Shown in pieces: positions 35,899-44,008 of a DNA stretch of 64,000 nt. Each line of letters opens with the position of its first letter. The first letter of the stretch is position 1. The stretch comes from an uncultured Actinomycetes bacterium (GTDB taxonomy: Bacteria; Actinomycetota; Thermoleophilia; Gaiellales; Gaiellaceae), in assembly GCA_963763815.1 (NCBI GenBank), contig CAVXPS010000019.1, forward strand, positions 15,713 to 79,712, read 5' to 3'. The notes under the pieces are model-generated. The model worked only from the letters and a program-made list of their open reading frames with translations. It was not told the origin of the DNA and made no database searches. Both the position numbers and the translations under genes were made by a program.

Positions 35899-36530
35899 AC
35901 GACGATCCGGTAGACCTGGAAGCACTCCGCGTACTCGCGGTTCACGTTGACCCCGTGGACGCGGGCGAGGTTCCAGACGTACTCCGGGTTCGCATAGCGC
36001 CGGTGCTGCTGCGACGCGTAGCGCGCCAGCGCCGCGACCTTGCGCTCGACATGGTGCTTCTCGAGCGAGATGTACGCGCCGTACGAGAAGTCGAAGTTGT
36101 TCCAGGGCACCTCGTAGCCGAGGATCGTCGTCCGCTTGAACGCCCGGAGACCCTCCTGCGCGATCGTCTGGTGGTCCTGGTGGACGTCGTGGTGCGACGG
36201 CTGGAACACGACGTCAGGCTTCCACTCGTCCCAGAGCGCGACGAGGAGCTCGAGGATGTCCTGCCGACGGTCAGGGAAGGTCCGCACGTCGAAGTCGTGC
36301 ACCGTCAGCGAGTCCTCCGCGATGCCGAGCTCCGCCGTGGCCTCGCGCACCTCGCGGGCGAGCGTGTCGGGCTCGAAGCCGGGCGGGAGCGAGCGCGTCG
36401 CGATCGAGAACGCGACGTAACGAACGTCGCAGCCCCCCTCGACGAGACGAGCCATCGTCCCGCCGCATCCGAGCTCGCCGTCGTCGGTGTGCGGCGCGAG
36501 CACGAGCGCGCGCTTCCATAAGCCCGTCAT
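35895..36530 (-). CDS. PIG-L family deacetylase (LmbE-like)
   Basis: 211 aa with ALVLAPHTDDGELGCGGT and HHDVHQDH, the PIG-L zinc motifs. Confidence 0.86.
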   Translation of the reverse strand: MTGLWKRALVLAPHTDDGELGCGGTMARLVEGGCDVRYVAFSIATRSLPPGFEPDTLAREVREATAELGIAEDSLTVHDFDVRTFPDRRQDILELLVALWDEWKPDVVFQPSHHDVHQDHQTIAQEGLRAFKRTTILGYEVPWNNFDFSYGAYISLEKHHVERKVAALARYASQQHRRYANPEYVWNLARVHGVNVNREYAECFQVYRIVV

Positions 36531-36533
36531 GGG

Positions 36534-38084
36534 GTGATCGCCCGTCGCTCATCCCATGATGGGCTCGTACCCCCGGTCACCGCGGAATTCCTACCAGCTA
36601 GGCCGTACGCTTCCCCCGCCGTGGAGCATTCCGATGCCGCCCAGGTCGCGGCGCTCGTGGGAGCGCTGGGAGCCGTGCTCGTCGTCCTTGCCCGCGGGCG
36701 CCTCGTGCCGCTTGCAGGCATCGCGCTTCTCGGACTCGCGACTGCACTCCTCGGGTGGTCGCTCGTCGGGGACGACGACGTGGAGCTCCTGCTCACGCGG
36801 CCCGCCGGCCTCGCGCTCGTCGCCGCCGGGGTCGCCGCGGCCGTCCTGATCGCGGTGCCGCTCATCAGGTATCCAGCGGCTACGCCGGTCGCCCTGCTCG
36901 CCGTCGCACCATTCCGGATCCCCGTCGAGCTCGGCGACGAGGAAGCATTCCTGCTCCTGCCGCTCTATCTCGTCCTCGCCGGCTCGGTGCTCGCGCTCGC
37001 CTATCGGCTGCTCCGGGGCACGGCGCCCATTGCCGTCCCACGCCTGCTCGGCCTCCCGCTCGCTGCCTTCGTGGCTTTCGCTGCCGTGTCATACCTCTGG
37101 ACGCACGACGAGCGTCAGGGCGGAATCGCGCTCGCGTTCTTCCTCTTCCCGTTCGTCGCCGGCTTCGGTGTCGTCGCCCGTTCGCCGCTGGCCGTGTGGA
37201 CGCCGCGAGCGCTCGCGTTCACGCTCGTCGCGCTCGGTGCGCTGTTCGCGGCTGTCGGGATCTGGCAGGCGCACACGCGGACGCTGTTCTTCGCGCGCGA
37301 CCTGGAGGTGGCGAACGCGTACACCACCTGGTTCCGCGTCACGTCGCTCTTCAAGGACCCGAGCCTCTACGGGCGCTATCTCGTCGTCCCGATCGCCGTC
37401 CTGCTGGTCCTTCTCTGGCTTCGGCGGGGTCGTCCGGTGGAGTGGGCCGTGATCGCCGCGGCGATCGCATTCCTGTTCCTCGGCTTGTACTTCTCGTACT
37501 CGCAGTCGAGCTTCGTCGCGCTCTTCGTCGTGACGTTCGCGGTCGCCCTCGTGGGGGCGGGCCGACGGCTGCGGATCGTCCTGGTGTTATGCGCAGTCGC
37601 GGCGACGCTGGCGGCAGCCGGAGTCGCGGCGCAGGCGGTCGAAGGCGAGTCCGCGCGAGAGATCACGAGCGGGCGCTCGCGGCTCGTCGAGATCACGCTC
37701 GACGCGTTCCGCGTCAATCCGGCGGTGGGCGTGGGAATCGGTGGCCAGGCGCAGGCGAGCGCCGACGCGAACGGGCGGAGAAGCTCGCGCCGCAGCGCGT
37801 CGCATACGACGCCACTGACCGTGCTCGCCGAGCTCGGGGTCGCCGGCTTCGCGCTCTACGGCTGGGTGCTGGGGGCGGCGGCATGGGCTCTCGTCCTGGT
37901 GACGAGACAGCGGCGCGTGCTCGGGCTGAGCCTGGCGGCGATCTCCCTCGTCCTCTTCGTGCACTCGCTCCTGTACGCGGGCTTCTTCGAGGATCCGCTC
38001 ACCTGGGGCGTCCTCGGCCTCGCCGCGGCCGCGCTCGCCGCAACGCCAGCTCCATCATCCGCACCGGAGCGGCTGGCACACTGA
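36534..38084 (+). CDS. O-antigen ligase/polymerase-like membrane protein (Wzy_C domain)
   Basis: Polytopic, with RVTSLFKDPSLYGRYLVV and FSYSQSSFVAL, then the loop SGRSRL...NPAVGVGIGG...SHTTPLTVLAELG typical of O-antigen ligase family proteins. The true start is probably downstream of 36534, which lies only 3 nt from the divergent PIG-L start. Confidence 0.72.
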   Translation: MIARRSSHDGLVPPVTAEFLPARPYASPAVEHSDAAQVAALVGALGAVLVVLARGRLVPLAGIALLGLATALLGWSLVGDDDVELLLTRPAGLALVAAGVAAAVLIAVPLIRYPAATPVALLAVAPFRIPVELGDEEAFLLLPLYLVLAGSVLALAYRLLRGTAPIAVPRLLGLPLAAFVAFAAVSYLWTHDERQGGIALAFFLFPFVAGFGVVARSPLAVWTPRALAFTLVALGALFAAVGIWQAHTRTLFFARDLEVANAYTTWFRVTSLFKDPSLYGRYLVVPIAVLLVLLWLRRGRPVEWAVIAAAIAFLFLGLYFSYSQSSFVALFVVTFAVALVGAGRRLRIVLVLCAVAATLAAAGVAAQAVEGESAREITSGRSRLVEITLDAFRVNPAVGVGIGGQAQASADANGRRSSRRSASHTTPLTVLAELGVAGFALYGWVLGAAAWALVLVTRQRRVLGLSLAAISLVLFVHSLLYAGFFEDPLTWGVLGLAAAALAATPAPSSAPERLAH

Positions 38085-38112
38085 TCGACGGCCGACGCGT
38101 CGGCCATTTCTC

Positions 38113-39381
38113 ATGCCGAGGTACCTCAAGTGGATCATCGCCGGCGTCGTCGTGCTCATCGTGCTGCTCGGCGGGCTCACGGGCGCGCTCTGGCTGGTGC
38201 AGCGCGACACCCCCGAAGGAGCGCTCGACACCGAGCTGACGGACGTGACCGTCACGACGGCGACCGCGCCCCCACCACCGCCGCCGCCGCCGCCGCCGAA
38301 GCCGGAGACGGTGAGCGACGAGCTCTGCTGGCCCTACTTCGGGGGCGATCCGCAGCGCTCGCTTTCGCGGGCCGAGGTCGCGATCGGCCCGCCGGTGCGC
38401 AGATATCGGTGGACGCGGGTGCTCGACAGCTACATCGAGTACCCGCCCAGCTACTGCGACGGCGTCCTCTACGTCAATAGCTATCGCGGGACGACGTACG
38501 CCATGAACTCGGAGACGGGGAAAGTGCTCTGGCGGCGGACGGAGGGCGGCACGAAGCCGTCGACGCCCGCGATCGATGGCCCGCGGCTCCTCGTCAGCTC
38601 GCTCGACGGCACCGTCACCGCGCTCGAACGCGAGAGCGGCAAGCAGCTGTGGCAGGTGCGGACGGAGGGAAGCGTCGAGTCGTCCCCGGTCGTGATCGAC
38701 GGCATCGCGTACTTCGGCGCGACGGACGGGCGGCTGTTCGCGGTGAGCTCGCGCACGGGCCGCATCCGCTGGGCGTACTCGAGCGGGGGAAAGATCACCG
38801 CAAGCCCTTCGATCTGGGGGCGGCGCGTGTGCGTCTCCAACTACGCGGGCGCCGTTTTCTGCCTCGACCGGTTCAGTGGCCGAGAGCTGTGGACGACCTA
38901 CGTCAGGCGCGACGCCTTCCGCTGGGAGAGCTTCTACGCGAGCGCCTCGACGGACGGCGAGCGAATCTATTCCGTCGCGCGCTCGGGCCGCGTCGTCGCG
39001 CTGGACGCGCAGAGTGGCTCGACGGTGTGGAGCGAGCGGGTGGGCGGCCTCGGGTACACGACTCCCGCGGTGGCGAACGGGCGGGTCTTCGTCGGCGGCT
39101 TCGACGGCCAGCTGCGCGCATACCGGGCAACGAGCGGGTCCGAGCTCTGGAGCACCTACGTGGGCGGCAAGATCCTCGGTGCCCCGTTCGTCGCCGGCAA
39201 CTACGTCTTCTTCTCGACGCTCGACGGGCGGACGTTCGCCGTGCGAGCCACTGACGGCAAGCTCTCGTGGCGCATTCCGATGGGGCGCTACTCGCCCGGC
39301 ATCGTGACCGAGCGGACGTACTACTTCTCGCTGAACGGCCGCGTCATCGCGTTCCGCGGCCGGGATGCTCCCCCGGCGTAG
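38113..39381 (+). CDS. Membrane-anchored PQQ-like beta-propeller repeat protein
   Basis: 422 aa with an N-terminal TM segment and a poly-Pro linker (APPPPPPPPPPKPE, encoded by a (CCG)n run at about 38268..38300). Repeated G.V.A.D..TG...W blades follow. Confidence 0.85.
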   Translation: MPRYLKWIIAGVVVLIVLLGGLTGALWLVQRDTPEGALDTELTDVTVTTATAPPPPPPPPPPKPETVSDELCWPYFGGDPQRSLSRAEVAIGPPVRRYRWTRVLDSYIEYPPSYCDGVLYVNSYRGTTYAMNSETGKVLWRRTEGGTKPSTPAIDGPRLLVSSLDGTVTALERESGKQLWQVRTEGSVESSPVVIDGIAYFGATDGRLFAVSSRTGRIRWAYSSGGKITASPSIWGRRVCVSNYAGAVFCLDRFSGRELWTTYVRRDAFRWESFYASASTDGERIYSVARSGRVVALDAQSGSTVWSERVGGLGYTTPAVANGRVFVGGFDGQLRAYRATSGSELWSTYVGGKILGAPFVAGNYVFFSTLDGRTFAVRATDGKLSWRIPMGRYSPGIVTERTYYFSLNGRVIAFRGRDAPPA

Positions 39382-40336
39382 ACGATTCACCGGTCACTAG
39401 GCGCGGATGGCGCCGGCGCCAGAGCGGCGAACGCTGCACGATCGCCGCAGCTGCGTCCCAGAGACCGATGCGGGCCCTGTAGGCCGCAAGGGAGACCGCC
39501 GCGCGTACCCGCGGGCGTGACGCAGCTCCGACCTCGTAGCCGAGCTCGTCGAGCAGGTCGCCCGCAACTGCCTCGAACGCGCGTGCGGCGTCACGGCTGA
39601 GCTCGATTCTCCAGTCGCGGAGACCGGCGGTCGGACGCAGCGCGAGCCGGCTGTGGTGCGGCTTGCCGGAGACGTCGACGTCGCCGGCGTACTCGAGCAT
39701 CGAGTCGTCGAACGGCAGCACGGCGAAGTCGCAGACGGCGCGGACCGTGCGATCCGGCTCCGCCGCGAGCTCCTCGTAGCGCACCTCCAGATATCGCGTG
39801 GGCCCGACGCGGCGACCGAGTGCGCGCGCGGAGCGAATCTCGGTGACCCACTGGCGCGCGAAGCCCGCGGGGCCCGAGGGGTGCGCCCAGGTCCGGGTGT
39901 AGGTGCCGGGAGGCATCTGCATGAAGGACACCGCCGCGTCCCTGCCGTCGCGGATGAGGTGGACGTAGACCGCGCTCGGGAACAGCCGCTCGAGCAGCGG
40001 AATGTGACGCATGTACATCGGCGTCTTGTCGCCCCAGCGGGGCTTGCCGTGCATGGCCGCGTACGTCTCGAACACGGACGAGATCGCTTCGGCCGTCGCC
40101 ATCCCGGGGCGCAGGGCGACGTCCTCCGGATCGAGCTTCCAGCGAACGAGCTCGTGGATTCGGCGCAGGTCGTCGCGGAAGGCAGCCAGATCGATTTCCC
40201 CACGGTGGCGGCGGGCGAGCAACGGGATGAAGCGCGACTCCTCCGGGATCGCGATCCCACTCGAGCGATCGAGGATCACCCGAAGCAGCGTCGTCCCGGA
40301 GCGATTGACGCCGAGGACGAAGAGCGGCGGGCTCAC
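39344..40336 (-). CDS. Sulfotransferase (PAPS-dependent family)
   Basis: The tail of track ORF 39344..41506: VSPPLFVLGVNRSGTTLLRVIL (PSB loop), WGDKTPMY, VHLIRDGRDAAVS, YEELAAEP. GTG 40336 forms a GTGA overlap with the upstream stop. Confidence 0.85.
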   Translation of the reverse strand: MSPPLFVLGVNRSGTTLLRVILDRSSGIAIPEESRFIPLLARRHRGEIDLAAFRDDLRRIHELVRWKLDPEDVALRPGMATAEAISSVFETYAAMHGKPRWGDKTPMYMRHIPLLERLFPSAVYVHLIRDGRDAAVSFMQMPPGTYTRTWAHPSGPAGFARQWVTEIRSARALGRRVGPTRYLEVRYEELAAEPDRTVRAVCDFAVLPFDDSMLEYAGDVDVSGKPHHSRLALRPTAGLRDWRIELSRDAARAFEAVAGDLLDELGYEVGAASRPRVRAAVSLAAYRARIGLWDAAAAIVQRSPLWRRRHPRLVTGESSTPGEHPGRGTR

Positions 40337-41271
40337 GGCTGCGGCGGCTCGGTGACCACCACCTCCGCTCGGTCCGCGAAGCGCCCGACCGAGACGTAGA
40401 CCACGTACGTGCCCGGCGTCTCCGGGGCGCGCAACACGAGGACGCGCTTGCGGAACTTGCCACGGCGGCCGTCGAAGAGCCAGCGGTAGACGTCGGCGTC
40501 GGTCGAGACGCCGATCCCGAAGCGCCTCCCGACGAAGGCCTCGACCCGATCGCGGACGAACTCGACATACCGCACGCGAACCGCGAGCGCGCGCGACCTC
40601 GCCGAGCGGTTGCCCGCGCGGTCGAACGCGCGCAGCCTGATCTCGTAGTCGCCGGGTCGTACCGGCTTGCCGTCGATCCGCCCGAACCACACGAGACGCC
40701 CCTCCGTCTCGCGGAACTTGCTGAGCACTCGCCTGCGCCCGTTCACGAGCATCATCGCCCGCGCCGGCTCGTCGATCTCGTACTCGGCCGTGACGCGATC
40801 GGCGTTGCCGTCGCCGTCGGGCGAGAAAACTCGCGGGAAGACCCTGCGAAGCGAGATCGTCGGCGCGGTCGTGTCGACACGGATGGGGTTGGGAAGCACG
40901 ATCGTGCGGCCATGCCGGCGCAGCCGCACGCGCGGCCGGTAGATCCCCTCCTTGACGACATTGCCCACGTCGTTTCGGCCGTCCCACACGTACGTGACGC
41001 GCCCCGCTTGCTCGCGCTTGTTCCGGACGAGCGTGCGTATCGAGCGCCGCTGCGAGTCGAGTAGGTCGACCGTCACGACCTGCCCCCCGCGAAGCCGGAA
41101 GGAGATCTCGGCGATATCGCGCGCGCACTCGCACACCGGCGAGAACACCCTGTCCACACGCGTGCCGGTGATCGGGCTCTTCTCGAGCTTCAGCCGCTCG
41201 GTGACCGCGAACGCCGCTGCCGTCGCGCCGAGCAGCGCGAGCACGATCAGGGTCTGCGGCAGGCGCTTCAA
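40333..41271 (-). CDS. Secreted protein with FlgD-Ig-like / Ig-fold repeats (hypothetical)
   Basis: 312 aa with a signal peptide (LIVLALLGATAAAFA). VTYVWDGRNDVGNVVKEGIYRPRV and GDYEIRLRAFDRAGN resemble FlgD-Ig-like beta-sandwich domains. Confidence 0.55.
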   Translation of the reverse strand: MKRLPQTLIVLALLGATAAAFAVTERLKLEKSPITGTRVDRVFSPVCECARDIAEISFRLRGGQVVTVDLLDSQRRSIRTLVRNKREQAGRVTYVWDGRNDVGNVVKEGIYRPRVRLRRHGRTIVLPNPIRVDTTAPTISLRRVFPRVFSPDGDGNADRVTAEYEIDEPARAMMLVNGRRRVLSKFRETEGRLVWFGRIDGKPVRPGDYEIRLRAFDRAGNRSARSRALAVRVRYVEFVRDRVEAFVGRRFGIGVSTDADVYRWLFDGRRGKFRKRVLVLRAPETPGTYVVYVSVGRFADRAEVVVTEPPQP

Positions 41272-41277
41272 GCGCGC

Positions 41278-41955
41278 TCAGGCGAGATCGAGGCCACGCA
41301 CGAGGACGAACGGCTCCGCGTGCTCGCGGCCGCAGGTAGTGCCGTGGAGCTCGGCGGCCGCCCGAATCGCACGCTCGCTGCGCGGGTGCGGATAGGGCCG
41401 CTGCTCGGTCTCGTAGTGCCCGAATGCCGCAAGCTTCCGCTCGAGCGTCGACGAGACGTCGACGTACCAGTTCGGGACGAACCAGTTGACCGGCGCGGGC
41501 GTCCACTCGGTGCTGGACGTCGGCGCGTACGTGAGCAGACGACGGACGGTCTGGCCGGGCAGCGGACGCGTCGCGACGGCGACGGAGTCGAAGAGCGCGC
41601 GGTGATCGCGGTTCACGTCCGGCTGCGGCGTGTAGACGACGGCAGGCTGGAACTCGCGCGCCTGCTCCTCGACGACGCGGTTGACCTCGACGTGCGCAAG
41701 CGTGTCGAGCCGCATGTCCGGTAGATCGAGGTGGACGTAGTCCTCCACACCGAGCTCGGCGGCGGCGCGGCGCGCCTCACCCTCCTTCTGCGCGCGCTTC
41801 TCCGCATCGCCCGGGTACTGGGTCGAGCTGCCGTCGGTCACGCACACGATCCGGACCGCGTCGCCGCGTTCGACCGCGTGCACGGCGATCGTCCCTCCCA
41901 TCCCGAGCACCTCGTCGTCGGGATGCGCCGCGAATACGAGGACGCGTTGGCTCAT
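41278..41955 (-). CDS. PIG-L family deacetylase
   Basis: Reads MSQRVLVFAAHPDDEVLGMGGT...VTDG...NRDH. I trimmed the start to ATG 41955. Confidence 0.88.
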   Translation of the reverse strand: MSQRVLVFAAHPDDEVLGMGGTIAVHAVERGDAVRIVCVTDGSSTQYPGDAEKRAQKEGEARRAAAELGVEDYVHLDLPDMRLDTLAHVEVNRVVEEQAREFQPAVVYTPQPDVNRDHRALFDSVAVATRPLPGQTVRRLLTYAPTSSTEWTPAPVNWFVPNWYVDVSSTLERKLAAFGHYETEQRPYPHPRSERAIRAAAELHGTTCGREHAEPFVLVRGLDLA

Positions 41956-42146
41956 CGGGCGACCTTGGTCGGCCGATGAGCGTGGAGGGGTGTGGGGAAC
42001 CGGGAGGTTCCCCACGCTTTCAGGAAGAAGGGGGCAGACTCAGCTCTCGCAAGACCGGAGTTCGCTTGCGCGAACTCCGGTCGCAGAAAGGCATGGGGAA
42101 ACATGGTTTCCCCCACCAACGCGAGCCGGAGGCGAGCGTGGCTCAT
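41950..42146 (-). repeat. Intercistronic multi-hairpin repeat, copy C (full length, archetype)
   Basis: Fills the gap from the formyltransferase stop to the PIG-L start. Hairpins lie at 42095..42113, 42054..42081 (ACCGGAGTTCGC-ttgc-GCGAACTCCGGT), 41994..42013 and 41950..41981 (containing the start codon). The 64-aa mini-ORF 41952..42146 has ATGA overlaps at both ends. By my manual alignment the core differs from copy B at only 2 positions over about 125 nt. Confidence 0.85.
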
Positions 42147-43033
42147 CCGAGCCTCGCTCCCACGGCGAGCTGGCCCGCGGTCTCGATCTCCTCGAGCAGG
42201 AGCGCGCCCTCACCGCAGGCGACGACCGGACCCTCCGCGTGCTCCGCGACGATCGTGCCGGCCGGCGCGTTCTCGGCGTCCTCGACGGGGCGCGCGCGCC
42301 AGACGACGACCTTCTCCTCGCCGAGGTACGTGAAGGCGCCGGGATAGGGCCGGGTCTGGGCGCGGACCCAGTCGTAGAGGTACGGCGCGCGCGTCTCCCA
42401 GTCGATGATGCCGTCTGCCGGCCGGCGACGGTGCCAGGAGCTCGCCCGCAGCGGATCCTGGGGAATACGCGGAGCCGTGCCGGCGACGATCTGCGGCACG
42501 TACTCGCGGATCAGGTCGAGGTGCGCAGCGGCGAGGCGCTCGAAGAGCGTGGTCGCCGTGTCGTCCGGCTCGATCGCGACCACCGCCTGTCCGACGATCG
42601 CACCGGAGTCGGCCGTCTCGTCGACGATCTCGAACAGCGTGACGCCCGTTCGCGCCAGGCCCGACAGCAGCGCCCACGGGATCGACGCGCGGCCGCGGTG
42701 TCGGGGGAGCAGCGTCGGGTGCATCCCGAACACGCCCTCGTGCGCGGCTGCGATGAACGGGTCGCGAACGAGCTGGTACCAGCCGACGACGAACACGAGC
42801 TCGGGATCGAGCTTGCGCAGCGCGTTCAGCGTCAGCTCCGAGTTGACGTCGTTCGTCTCGATGTAGTCCGCGCCGAACTCTCCCGCGACGTCGTCGAAGC
42901 GGCATCGGGCGGAGCGATCGATGGACGCGGTCTCCGGAAGCGTGACGACGCCGACGATCTCCGCCCCCGATTCTGCGGCGGCGACCAGGCAGTCGCGGCC
43001 GATGATGTCGTCGCTGACCCAGACCGTGCGCAT
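42143..43033 (-). CDS. Formyltransferase (Fmt/ArnA N-terminal-like; sugar N-formyltransferase candidate)
   Basis: 296 aa with VVGWYQLV, HPTLLPRHRGRASIPWAL (the SLLP/HxSLLPxxRG-type motif) and a C-terminal Fmt-like beta-barrel. Confidence 0.87.
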   Translation of the reverse strand: MRTVWVSDDIIGRDCLVAAAESGAEIVGVVTLPETASIDRSARCRFDDVAGEFGADYIETNDVNSELTLNALRKLDPELVFVVGWYQLVRDPFIAAAHEGVFGMHPTLLPRHRGRASIPWALLSGLARTGVTLFEIVDETADSGAIVGQAVVAIEPDDTATTLFERLAAAHLDLIREYVPQIVAGTAPRIPQDPLRASSWHRRRPADGIIDWETRAPYLYDWVRAQTRPYPGAFTYLGEEKVVVWRARPVEDAENAPAGTIVAEHAEGPVVACGEGALLLEEIETAGQLAVGARLG

Positions 43034-43045
43034 CGCGGAGCGATG

Positions 43046-43948
43046 CTAGTCGACGGCCGGAGGCAGTCTTTCGGTGCGGCTGCGCTGGATGCGGATCCAG
43101 CTATGGCGGCCGAGGTAGACGAGGAGTGCGACGAGCCCGGCCGTGAGGACGACGACGACGATCGTTCCAGCGAAGGGAACGTCGAGGAGCTTGATCCCCG
43201 CGAGACCGAGCACGCCCGCGAGCAGAAGCCGGAGCTTCTGCTCCGGGATCGCGAAGCTGACCCGACCCCCGATGAGGACGCCGGGAATCGAGCCCAGCAG
43301 GAGCCAGCCGAGAATCGCGAAGTCGACGTTCCCCGCGGCCCAGTGCGCAGCCCCGGCGACGTACAGGAGCACGGCCGCGTGGAAGATGTCCGTGCCGACC
43401 ACCTTGTGCGCCCGCAGCGGGAAGATGATCAGCAGCGTCAGCCCGAAGAAGACGCCGCTGCCGACCGACGTCAGGCCGACGATGAACCCGCCGAACGCGC
43501 CGATGAGGATCGCCGCGAGGCAGTCCCTCCTGCTCAGCCGCGCGGGCATTTCGCCGGTCGTAGCGGGACGGATCACGCTCTTCGCGACGAGCCCGGCCGC
43601 GCCGAACAGAAGCGCCCCTCCGAGTACCTGGCCCATCACCGACTCGACGTCGTCGCCGTAGCGGTCCGTCAACTGGACGGACACCCAGACGCCGACTAGC
43701 GACATCGGCGCCGAGCCGATGAGCATCCAGCCCGCGAGGCGCGCGCGCACGTTGCCCATCCGACGGTGCTGGGCGGCCCCGACCGTCTTGAACACGGCTC
43801 CGTGCGCGATGTCCGTGCCGATCGCGGTCGTCGGCGAGATCCCGAACACGAAGACGAGGATGGGGGTCATCAGCGACCCCCCACCCATGCCGGTCATCCC
43901 CACGAGCACGCCCGTGAGGAGACCGACGACGACGAACTCCCAGTCCAT
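43046..43948 (-). CDS. TauE/SafE family sulfite/sulfonate exporter-like membrane protein
   Basis: 300 aa with GMTGMGGGSLMTPILV and a second half-repeat GLTSVGSGVFFG, typical of the TauE/SafE (DUF81) 4+4 TM duplication. Confidence 0.87.
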   Translation of the reverse strand: MDWEFVVVGLLTGVLVGMTGMGGGSLMTPILVFVFGISPTTAIGTDIAHGAVFKTVGAAQHRRMGNVRARLAGWMLIGSAPMSLVGVWVSVQLTDRYGDDVESVMGQVLGGALLFGAAGLVAKSVIRPATTGEMPARLSRRDCLAAILIGAFGGFIVGLTSVGSGVFFGLTLLIIFPLRAHKVVGTDIFHAAVLLYVAGAAHWAAGNVDFAILGWLLLGSIPGVLIGGRVSFAIPEQKLRLLLAGVLGLAGIKLLDVPFAGTIVVVVLTAGLVALLVYLGRHSWIRIQRSRTERLPPAVD

Positions 43949-43959
43949 GCTATGCGCAA

Positions 43960-43990
43960 GACCGAAATCCGCTAAGCGCGGATTTCGGTC
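43960..43990 (-). promoter_or_regulatory. Perfect 13-bp stem hairpin 12 nt upstream of the TauE start
   Basis: GACCGAAATCCGC-taagc-GCGGATTTCGGTC. No Shine-Dalgarno sequence is visible between it and the ATG. Confidence 0.35.
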
Positions 43991-44008
43991 GCGCGAAGAC
44001 CCCTAAAG

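Noticed and set aside
38268-38300. (CCG)n run as a phase-variation tract
   Set aside because: A trinucleotide repeat changes length in frame, here encoding a poly-Pro linker. It would alter linker length but would not switch the gene on or off.
12731-42146. GGGGAAAC...GTTTCCCC hairpins as CRISPR repeats
   Set aside because: There is no tandem array with unique spacers. The copies are single, 2 to 27 kb apart, embedded between genes, and no cas genes are present.
41990-43699. 569-aa plus-strand ORF (and similar ORFs at 55454..57196 and 57069..58397) opposite the formyltransferase, TauE, CapD and DegT genes
   Set aside because: These are shadow ORFs rich in Arg/Asp/Glu/Ala with no recognisable motifs.
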